Positions 34,190-45,100 of a stretch of DNA of 64,000 nt are shown here, in pieces. The DNA comes from the human T2T-CHM13v2.0 reference genome, Homo sapiens. The notes under the pieces were generated by a model. That model worked only from the letters and a program-made list of their open reading frames with translations, was not told the DNA's origin and ran no database searches. The translations under genes were made by a program, and so were the position numbers. Every line of letters starts with the position of its first letter. The first letter of the stretch is position 1. The stretch is from NCBI RefSeq assembly GCF_009914755.1, contig NC_060928.1; one strand, given 5' to 3'.

Positions 34190-36660
34190 AAACCACAGGG
34201 AAGAGACGTCCGCGTCGGAGACCACCCTCCTACCTGGTGAGATCTGTGCCGACTTCTCAAAAACTGGCATGCCAAATCAAAATGGGTCTGGTTCAATCCT
34301 CCCTAATGGCAACGGAGATCCCTTTAACCAATCCCACTTCTCCTAATTCCCTTTCTTTTTCTCCTTATGAACCTAAAAATCTCACCATTTCTATTAGCCT
34401 GAAAATAACGTCCCTCTGTTCTTCTCTTCCTCCTTCAGCACTGGATCTCACTTCCAATAGGTTTCATTTAATAATTCTCTTCTTTATACTTTCTGTGTCA
34501 CCAGTTTCCCCTCAAACTGAATGATCTGCTTCACAGAATTATTCCTACTGGGCTTAAGTGCCTTTTCCTCCACTTATTCAACCTCTCACCTAAATGGATG
34601 CTCCTGTGGAAATCTAAAGTAATGATATACGTGTGTATATATGTGTGTGTGTGCATGTATCGGGGGAACCCACCTGCAATATTTCAATGTAAGTTCTTTT
34701 TATTTTCCATAAGTGTTGGCCGGCTGAGAAATAAAGAGAAAGAGTAAAAAGAGAGGAATTTTACAGCTGGGTCATGGGGGGTGACATCACATATCAGTAG
34801 GACTGTGATGCCCCATAGCTACAGATGACTGTTGTCCCACTCAATCAGGAGAAGAAAGCACTGCGTTTAATGTTACTATGGGTTATAAGTACCCTCCCCT
34901 GTGCCTCACACATGCACCTGGTAGTATCCATTTAGAAACTCAAGTCTGAGCTGCTTATCTTCTGGAGATATTAGCTACAGGGGAATGGGGACATTTGGTC
35001 TCCGGCACCTCCCTTTCTTCTTTAAGACAAATGAAAAGGGGAGTAATAGGAGATACCCCATACCATCAATATAAACCTGTAGGAAAACAATGTCCTAAAA
35101 ATTTTGAGTGCCCATCTAAAACTTTAAATTGGGAAGATTGTGTTCACTCACATACAGTATTATTAAAAAATGACTCATGGTTTAGTAATAGAGTGGGCAC
35201 CAAAGGGCTATTTAAAAAACAATTGCTCCTCTGATGGAAGGGAATGCCTGGAGGCTACTTATTTTATTTCTTATTGGAAGGAAGAGGATCATCATCCTAC
35301 TTTGCATAGGAGGTTCAGCTCATTCTTTCCCTTAAAATGGGAAGATAAGGGCATTACTCACCTGAGGCCTCATATGATATTCCCCTTTCTGAGCCCAGAA
35401 CACTCAGAAATTTGGAAACTGGATATTGCCATGTCCAGACTGCGAGTATGGGAAGGAGAAAATTTTCTGTCTGTTGTCCCAATTACTGCCCCTCACATCC
35501 GTGATTATGAACCCCATGATAAATCCCGTTTGAACCCTTTTCCTCTGTTTGATGCCGATCCCCCTTTATGGGACTCCAATTGGCATTATGATGATTCTTC
35601 TCAACCCAGGTATGCTCCTCTACCTCTTCAGCATCCCCAGGCACCTTGGATTCCTTCTTTATGGCAGAGAACATTGGGCGTGGCCACAGCCACTCCTTTC
35701 CCTCAGTATCAGTGTAGATTCAAACATTCTGCTTTTTTTACCTCCAAGTTGTATTTTTCTATACAGTGTTGTGTTAAGCTTCCTTACATGCTGTTAATGG
35801 GAAATATCAAAATTTGGACAAACAATCAAACTGTCCAATGCACTAATTGTCATTTATACACTTGTGTTAACTTGTGTTTTGACTCCAGGAAAAGTAAAAT
35901 GTTAGTTTGAGCTCGAGAAGGAATCTGGATACTGGTAACTTTACCCAGACCTTGGGAATCTTCCCCCTCAGTACATTTAATTAATGAAGTGTTACAATGA
36001 ATTCTCAAAAGATCTAAGAGATTTGTTTTCACTTCATTCGCTGTGATCATGGGCCTAATTAGAGTCACTGCACTGGCAACCACTGCTGGAGTGGCATTAT
36101 ACCAATCTATTCAAACAGCTCATTTTGTCAATGATTAGCAAGTCAATTCCACCCAAATGTGGAATTCTCAACAAGACATTGATCAAAAATTAGCTAATCA
36201 AATTAATGATTTAAGACAGTCTGTTATTTGGCTTGGAAATCAGCTGATGAGTCTCGAACATCACATGCAAATGCAGTGTGATTTGAATACTTCTGATTTC
36301 TGTATCACACCATATTCCTACAATGAGACTGATCATTCATGGAAAATGGTCAAAGGACACCTTCTGTGTAGGGAAGATAATTTATTCTTGGACATAACTA
36401 AATTAAAGAAACAAATTTCTGAAGCCTCTCAAGCTCATTTACCCATTGTGTCTGGAGCTGAGGCGTTAGATCAGGTGGCAGAAAGTATTTCTGGACTAAA
36501 CCCCACGACTTGGATTAAGTCTACTGGGGGCTCCACGGTAGTAAATTTTGGAATAATATTTCTCTGTTTAATCGACTTGTTTTTAGTGTGCTGGACCAGT
36601 CAAAGATTCCCGTGTCAAAACCTAGAGAACAAACAAGACTTTGCACCATGGCACATTTAT
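34190..36660 (+). pseudogene. HML-type env relic
   Basis: Furin site RSKR followed by [20 protein letters not shown] (~36010-36100); ORF 36157 [33 protein letters not shown]. Multiple stops; start approximate. Confidence 0.8.
34658..34813 (-). repeat. Inverted copy of the MER11 LTR 3' end (U5) inserted in env
   Basis: TATCGGGGGAACCCACC..AATATTTCAATGTA..GTGACATCACATATC..GTGATGCCC is the reverse complement of the last ~155 bp of both LTRs. Confidence 0.9.
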
Positions 36661-36679
36661 ATAAAAAGAAAGGGAGGGA

Positions 36680-37702
36680 TGTTGTGGGAAGTCAGGGACC
36701 CTGAATGGAGGGACTGGCTGGAGCTGTGGCAGAGGAACATAAATTGTGAAGATTTCATTTTAATATGGACCTTTGTCAGTTCCCAAATAATACTTTTCTA
36801 ATTTCTTATGCCTGTCTTACTTTAATCTCTTAATCCTGTTATCTTCATAACCTGAGGATGTATGTCACCTCAGGATCACTGTGATAATTGTGTTAACTGT
36901 ACAAATTGCTTGTAAAACATGTGTGTTTGAACAATATGAAATCAGTGCACCTTGAAAAAGAACAGAATAACAGCAATTTTGAGGGAACAAGGGAAAACAA
37001 CCGTAAGGTCTGACTCCCTGTGGGATCACACAAAAACAGCCGTATTTTCCTGCTTTCAGAGAGCCTATAAATGGACGTGCAAGTAGGGAAGATATCGCTA
37101 AATTCTTAGCCTAGCAAGAAATATTAATATTAGTACTCTGGGAAAGGAATGCATTCCTGGGGGGAGGTCTATAACCAGCCACTCTGGGAATGTCTGTCTT
37201 ATGTGGTTGAGATAAGGACTGAGGTATGCCCTGGTCTCCTGCAGTACCCTCAGGCTTATTAGGGTGGGGAAAATCTCCACCCTGGTAAATTTGTGGTCAG
37301 ACCAGTTCTCTGCTCTCGAACCCTGTTTTCTGTTGTTTAAGATGTTTATCAATACATGCACCACTGAATATAGACCCTTATCAGTAGTTCTGCTTTGCCT
37401 TTTGTCCTGTTCCCTCAGAAGCATGTGATCTTTGTTCTGCCTTTTGCCCTTTGAAGCATGTGATCTTTGTACCTACTCCCTGTTCTTACACCCCCCCACC
37501 CCACCTTTTGAAACCCTTAATAGAAAACTTGCTAGTTTGAGGCTATGCTGGGCATCACGGTCCTAACAATAGGTGATGTCACCCCCGGTAGCCCAGCTGT
37601 AAAATTCCTCTCTTTATACTCTTTCTCTATTTCTCAGCTGGCCAACACTTATGGAAAATGGAAAGAACCTACATTGAAATATTGAACGTGGGTTCCCCTG
37701 AT

Positions 37703-37703
<1 letters not shown>
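36680..37703 (+). repeat. 3' LTR (MER11), 1024 bp
   Basis: Follows the PPT; TGTTGTGGGAAGTCAGGGACC...GGTTCCCCTGATA. Confidence 0.9.
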
Positions 37704-37735
<32 letters not shown>

Positions 37736-38674
37736 CACATGCATATACATACTACGTATATATATACACCATGGAATACTACTAAGCTGTAAAAAGAAAC
37801 AAACTAATGGCATTAACAGCAACTTGCATGAAGTGGGAGAGCATTATTCTAAGTGAAGAAATTCAGGAATAGAAAACTGAACATCATCAATTGTCACTTC
37901 TAAGTCAGATCTAAGCTATTAGGATGCAAAGGCATAAGGATGATGTAATGGGATCTAAGGATTCAGATGGGAGGCCAGGAGGGGGTGAGAGATACAAGAC
38001 TATACATTCAGTGCAAGGTACACTTCTCACATGATATGTGCAACAAAACCTCAGAAATTACCACTAAAAAACGTACGCATCTAATCAAACACCACCTGTT
38101 CCCAAATAACTATTGAAGTAATTAAAAATATCAGAATAAAATCAACCAGACAAATATTTTTACATATCTGGAAAAAATAGAATTTGCTCATGAAACCAAA
38201 GATGTGGCAAAACAGTTCAATTTTACAGTAGGAAGCAGGTAAGAGTGGCTATATTTCTAATTCCACATAATTTCCACTGAGAAATGACATGAGCTCTTAA
38301 AACAGTAAACATTTGGCCATCAATTTTAGCAAAAAATGTGACAATGAAGCTGCATGCAGTGTAAAAGTAAAGGAATACTACTTATCTCAAAATATCAAAA
38401 GGAAGAGAGAGACTTTATGTACAATTTAACTATGTAATAGTTTCTTTAGCAACAGTTAAAACAACAGAATCCTGTTCAAAATGAAGCCAAATTATTCTGA
38501 GGATGTGACTACTGATACTGTCAGTAGACTTCTTAATGTTCTTGTGTTTATATAAAATGTGTGAAATATAGTTAAGCTGAGTAAATTTTTTCATGTAACT
38601 TGTGAATTCAAACAACAAATCTCAATATAAGTGCAACAAATTTCAATATGAGCTCAAATGGCTTTATATTATTT

Positions 38675-38701
38675 TTTATTTTTCCTAGTATTTTCTTTAT
38701 T
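38675..38701 (-). terminator. UGT2B11: Candidate UGT2B11 polyadenylation signals (two AATAAA)
   Basis: TTTATT on + at 38675-38680 and 38696-38701, ~210-240 nt past the stop codon. Confidence 0.6.
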
Positions 38702-38777
38702 GCCACAAAATATTTCTAACCATTACCTGGGTGGTAAATCTCTGAAAAACAAATTTTTACTTGACAAGGTAGATTTG

Positions 38778-38808
<31 letters not shown>

Positions 38809-38913
38809 GTCACAGGAAGAAAGAAATCTTGCATAACAATCTTTTCTTTCTTGCTGGAATAAACTGAAGTTGTCCTATCTATCTGGTTTTCCAGCTTCAA
38901 ATGTCAGACATAA

Positions 38914-39193
38914 CTAATCTCTTTTTCCCTTCTTCCCTTTTCTAGCAAACTTCCAGAAACAAAACAGACAAAACTTTGTGATGATAAATATCACAGTTGC
39001 CACACAGGCCAGCAGAAACCCAATCACATCCAAAGAGTGGTACTGGAACCAGGTGAGGTCATGGGCTGCAACTCGAAGGTGTTTGGCTCCTTTGTGGGGC
39101 ATGACAAATTCAATCCAGAAGACTGCTCGATCCAGGGGCTTTACTGGTTGATCATGTTGAATTCTTGATAATTTCATAATATTCTCTTTATAT
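38914..39193 (-). CDS. UGT2B11: UGT2B11 exon 6 coding part (280 nt incl. TAG)
   Basis: Acceptor CCTTCAG|ATAT; [39 protein letters not shown]. Confidence 0.93.
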
Positions 39194-42100
39194 CTGAAGG
39201 ATAAAAATAAGGATACCAACACTGAAAGTAAGTTAATTTGCCTGTACATATCAAGTCTATGAAAGGCTTTTAAAGCATCAAATAATTCAAAATAAATGTC
39301 AAAGAATTGACAGAGAATTTGTGTATTTTAATTTGAGTTATCATAGATAGTTTGGCTTTTAAATTGGACTTTTCTCATTGACAAACATTTTTAAAGCAGA
39401 AATGGAAGGTCAGGTGAGAAAGTTAATTTTTTTCAAGCAGAGAAAATATAAGGCATTTTAACTGGCTTTTAATTGTTTAATGTTAAGTTTTTGTGGGTCC
39501 ATATTAAGTGTATATATTTATAGGGTACATGAGATGTTTTGATACAATGTGAAATAATCACATCATGAAAAATGGGATATTCATCCTTTAAGCATTTATT
39601 CTTTGTATTATGAACAATCCAATTACATTCTTAGTTCTCAAACAGGCATATGAGTACATGCTCAGCATCATGAGCCATTTTAAGTGCTGTAAGAAAGACT
39701 ATGAAAATGCGATGTGAGAATTATCATCTGTAAGTTCCTAAAAAGGAATTTTATCAAGGTGAGTGACATACCTCATAGCTCGTCACTTTTCTTCTACATT
39801 ACTCTTTTGTCTCCTACTGTTTCCCACCCTGTAGCCAGAATGATTTTTTGAAATTAATGTCAGACTATGGCACTCTTCTGATTAAGATTTTTGGCTGGCT
39901 TCTCATTCTTTTAATCATAAAATTCAACTCTGTTATTTGGTCTACAGAACCCTACATCGTAAGACACTGGCAAGCTTTTTTCTAACACTTTTCCTCTGCA
40001 CACTGTCTTCTAGATTGGCCTTCTAATTTTCTTTAAGCTTCCAAAGGTGTTCTCATCTTAGAACTTTACACGTTTTGACCCTTCTCTCCTGCTCTTGGAG
40101 TATTCTTTCTTGCTACAACCCAAGGCATGTGTCTGTCCCTTTTTGTGGCTCTAAGTGTTACCTCTAAGAGAGGCTTTTACTGGACAATGATGGAGCCTCC
40201 AGGATTTTCTCTATTTTCTGTCCTTATATTCTATTTGATTCCTAGAATTTTGTAAATGATTTATATATCTCATAAAATATACATTTAAATATAAAACACA
40301 AAAGATAAATATACATACACTAAGTGAATAGTTCAAAAATGGAAGATCATCTTGAACATTATCTTGAGATGAAGATACCAATTTACCTACTGTTCAGGTC
40401 CTGGTATAAGCTATCACAACCTGCCTACAATAATTCTCTTTTTCTGAACCTTTTAGTGACTACTTTTGTCCTCCAACTAAGGATTAGCCTGACTTCGAAT
40501 AACAACATTAGTTTTGCTTGTTTATGTAATTGAATTACATAATACGTACTCAAAAGTGTCTTTTTCTTTAATGTAGCAGTTCTTGGGTAATTCCATTACT
40601 ATGTAGTATTCCATTGATTGATAAACCACAGATTATGTCTTCATTTTATGATGAATAGATATTTGGGTTGCTAAAAATTTTTGGACACTGTTGCTAATTC
40701 TGTCACGAACACTCTGCTATACAGCATGAGATTTATATATTTATGTATATCTGTTGTGTATATAATTGAGAGTAGAATTGCTGAGATAAAAGTGCATGCA
40801 AACTTATGATTTACTTCTTGACTGTAAATTTTTTTGAAGTGTATTTTGTTAATTTCCAAAATTTAAAGATATTTTAGTAATAGTATTTTTAACCTCCTTT
40901 ATTTCCAATATGGCTGGATCATATAGTCTTCATGATATTGAATCTTTTATATTTCGTAAGTCTTGATTTATTGCCCACCACACATCACTTCAAGGAAAGA
41001 TTAAATATTTGACGTACTCTAGGAAAATGTGTCTTCAAGTTGATATATACAATACATACATGTGTATTGTATATGTATATATGTGTGTATGTCATTTTAG
41101 ATTGTAAGACTCCATTTGTTAATTGTGTTCTTCAAATGTTTTATGTCCTTACTCATTATTTGCTCCTTTATTAAAAGTCTGTTTAGATTGAGTGAAAGTA
41201 TTTGTATAATCACATTTAAATCTACCACATTGTTTTATGTTTCTTTTCTATTTGTCCAAGGTGCTTTGTGTTTCTTTTCAATTATTTCCCATCTTCTTTA
41301 AAGGTACATTGATCATTCGTTATCCTTCCATTTTCTTTGGGATAAAGTATTTTTAAAGTATTCCTTTAGATGATACCCTCCTTACACAAAAACTTTATTG
41401 AGAGTAGTTATAAATGCTGAATTGATGGTAGCTGGACTCCGCAGGTAATTTTTCACATTGTTATCTTTGGGGAGTGAACAAAATCAATTATTAAAAATTT
41501 AACTTAAAATTATATTTTTTGTGCTTCAAAGACCATCATCAAAAAGTAAAAAGTTAGTGCACCAAGATTGGGACAAAATATTTAAAAAGTATATATCTGA
41601 TTTGTCCCATAATATATAAATAGTTCTTAAAACTTAATAATAAGACAAATAGAAAAGTTAAAAATGTTCCAAGCATTGGAATAGACATGTTTTCTAAGAA
41701 GATATATGAATGGTCAACAATCACATATAAAGATTCTCAACATCTTCAGCAGTAATGAAAATGCAATCCAAGACCAGGATGAGAGATCATTTTAAACCCT
41801 CTAAGAAGGTTGTAACAAAAAGAAAATAAGAGGTCTGGCAACAATGTGGAGGAATTGGAACCATGTTGTACTGCTGATGGTAGTGATGAATGCAACAAGT
41901 ACTTTGGAAAACAGTTTAGCAGTTCTCCATAAACATACAGTTCTCACATGAGGCAGCAATTCCACTTATAGTATCAACTCAAAAGAAAGTAAAACATATT
42001 TATGCAAAAACAAGTATAGCAATATTCCTAGTAGCCACAATTGGAAACAATCAAAAGGCCAATGAACTGACAAATGAACAACTAAATTATGACATATCCA

Positions 42101-45100
42101 TACTATAAAATATTACACAAGTGGAAAGGAAATGAAGTATTATAACACACAACAATATGAAGTAAAATAAAAACCATAAGAAAACAACAAAAAATTAGGC
42201 TATGTGAAATGTCATTTACACAGCACCTGAGACTGTATGATTCCATTTATATGAAATATCTAGAGAGAATAACTTATAGAGAAAGAAAACAAATTGGTGT
42301 TAGACTAGGACTAAGCAGTTATGAGAAGTGATTTTGGTGTCATTGCAGTTTCTTTTGTGTTGATAAAAATGTTCTAAAATTATATAATGGAGATACTTTA
42401 ATGACTGTAAACATAGTAAAAATATTTGGATTTTATGGCATAAATAGGTGGATTTTAAGCTATCGAAATTAAATCTCATTTTCAAGTCTGTTAAAATAAT
42501 GATGATAAAAATTAATTTTTCAGCAAGAAAATAGTTATATTCTGAGTCATTTTAGATATTTAATTAAAACATTTTATTATATTATTTCAAGTTTATTCTT
42601 CCTTTCTTCTATGGATTCATTATGTTAAAATTTTAAGAAATGTATTTTTTATATTATCTATATCATTTTAAAATTATTTTTGTTTAGAAAATTGCTTCAC
42701 TAACTGGTTACTCATTAGATGTATGGGATTCAAACACAATTTTTAAATAATAGATGATAAAAACAAAGCAGATTTCAGATTGGTTATATCATTTAAATTC
42801 TTTCAAGATTACTCTCTTATAAAAAGGATGAAACTCATGCTCACTATTGACAAGAGAAGCTGTCCACAAATACCACCTAGTGAAAAACATTGTTCTACTC
42901 ACAAAGGATCATTAATTACTGTCTTCAGTGCATTCAGCAGGTCTGTACTCGACATTGTGTTGAAGTCCAATCTAACAGCTGCTCCCTTGGCCTTCATGTG
43001 AGCAATGTTATCAGGTTGATCAAAAAACAATGGAATGCCCACCATAGGGATCCCATGGTAGATTGCCTCATAGATGCCATTGGCTCCACCATGAGTTATA
43101 AAAGCTCTGGTTTTTGGATGACCTAGGATTGGATGAATTTTAGCAAAATTATTCATAGGAATAAAATGAGATGCACAATGAAAGGTTCTGAAAGTGACAG
43201 TGTTTTCTAGATAACACATTGAACTAATTTGCTATTACTTTTCAGACTTCAGATGAAAAAGCACGTACTTGTTTAGGAGATGTAACTGAAAGCTATGTGG
43301 TGTGTGTGACTTCAGACTGCAAAACTTAATACAAGATTTTCAGTTGGACTAATGAAAAGTGCATTCTAGATTTTTTAAATGTGCACAAAAGAGGACAGCA
43401 AAGAGATGGGCATGAAATAAAGTTTTATTTTAACTACAGTCACAGAGTGTGATATGTGGGGTATGCAAGGCAGCAGGCAGTGGGTTGGTGGTGGTGCTAG
43501 GATTGAGGAAAGACAGGTCACACTTCATCATGAAATGTGTCGTTACTTTAAGATTAAGATTAGGAATTTAGTCCTCCAGAAAATACAGAGTTACTGGTGA
43601 TAGAAGAGCTATTATATTTACTGGCATTTGAAATAATCCTGCAGGAGAGGAGAAAACAGGTGTAAAGTTGTAGAAACAGGAGACAGAGAGACAGCCCAGG
43701 AAGATATTGAAAAATTCTGTGAGATATAATAGCACCTGAAATAAAGATTATCTCTGATTCTGACCATAAAGAATGTGATTATATATCATAAAATGCCAAC
43801 AATTCTACCATATTCTTTTCCCCTAGGACTGGAAAATAAATACAAAGAAGTTCTTTTTTGTTTTCCTATAACAAATATTCAATAAGCATGTTTCATTAAC
43901 CCTCTAATGTGCAGTTACTAATATATCCAGTATTTGTTCACCAGAGTGTTACCTAGAAGGTCATTCTGGGGTATCCACTTGTACAGCCGAGTATTGAGAC
44001 CTAAGGCATCTGGTTTATTCCCGTCAAATCTCCACAGAACCTGTTACAGTAAAGAGAATATCTTATTCCATGAGTGGAACTCAAAAATTATAGAATGTTA
44101 GAACTGTAGAAAGCATAGGAATGAGATCAAGGGATGTTAGTAAATAAATCTACTCAAAGGTTGATGTAAAAAGAATACTCACATTTTATTTTCTTAACTT
44201 TTATAATGATTTAGATATATAAGAAACCATGATTTTCCAAAACAGTACCATAGAAAAATAAGACTATCAATGAAAAGTTCAAATATTCAAAAAATTGTTA
44301 CACTTTTTAAAAGAAGACCTACCTGCAGTCAACCATCATATGAAGAAAAATAACATCACAGATCATTAGAGAAATTCAAATCAAAACCATAATGAGATAG
44401 CATCTCACACCAATCAGAATGGCCATTATTAAAAATTCAAAAAATATCATGATGTTGGCGAGGTTGTATAGAAAAGGAATGCTTATACTCTGTTGGTTGG
44501 AATGTAAGTTAGTTCAACCATTGTGGAAGACAGTGTGGCCATTCCTCAGAAACCTAGAGGCAAAAATACCACGAAACCCAGCAATCCCATTACTGAGTAT
44601 ATAACCAAAGGACTATAACTGGTTCTTTTATAAAGATCCATGAACATATATGTTAGTTGCAGTACTATTCACAATAGCAAGGACATGCAGTCAACCTAAA
44701 TGACCATCAATTATGGAATGAATAAAGAAAATATGGCATATATACACTACGGAATATTATGCAGCCATAAAAAAAAACAAAAATATGTATTTTGCAGGGA
44801 TAAGGATGGAGCTGGAGGCCGTTAGCCTTAGGAAACTAACATAGGAATTGAAATCCAAATGTGACATGTCCTCACTTATGAGTGGAAGCTAAAAGATGAG
44901 AACACGTGGACACATAGATGGCAACAACATACACTGAGATGTATTGGAGGGTGGAGGGTGGGAGGAAAGAGAGGATCAGGAAAAATAATAAACGAATATT
45001 AGTCTTAATACCTGAGTGATGACACAATCAGTACAACAAACCCCCATGACACAAGTTTACCTATGTAAAAAACCTGCACATGTACTCCTGAACTTAAAAG

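Larger units (their letters stand above)
30273..37703 (+). mobile_element. HERV-K(HML-8)/HERVK11-type provirus with MER11(A-like) LTRs; defective, pol mostly deleted
   Basis: Paired LTRs TGTTG.GGAAGTCAGGGACC...GGTTCCCC..ATA; degenerate Lys-type PBS after 30806; PPT AAAAAGAAAGGGAGGGA (36663-36679); gag, dUTPase-protease-G-patch and env relics; TSD CACAGA/CACACA in a CA repeat. Confidence 0.88.
28805..38125 (+). mobile_element. L1PB (L1PB1-like) with an inverted 5' segment (28805-29120); hosts the HERV-K provirus
   Basis: 28805-29120 is antisense L1 ORF2; 29121-30250 and 37766-38125 are sense ORF2/3' UTR (CTAAGCTAT.AGGATGCAAAGGCATAAG). TSD AAATATGATAATAAAA (28789-28804) / AAATATCAGAATAAAA (38126-38141), 14/16 identical. 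Confidence 0.85.
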
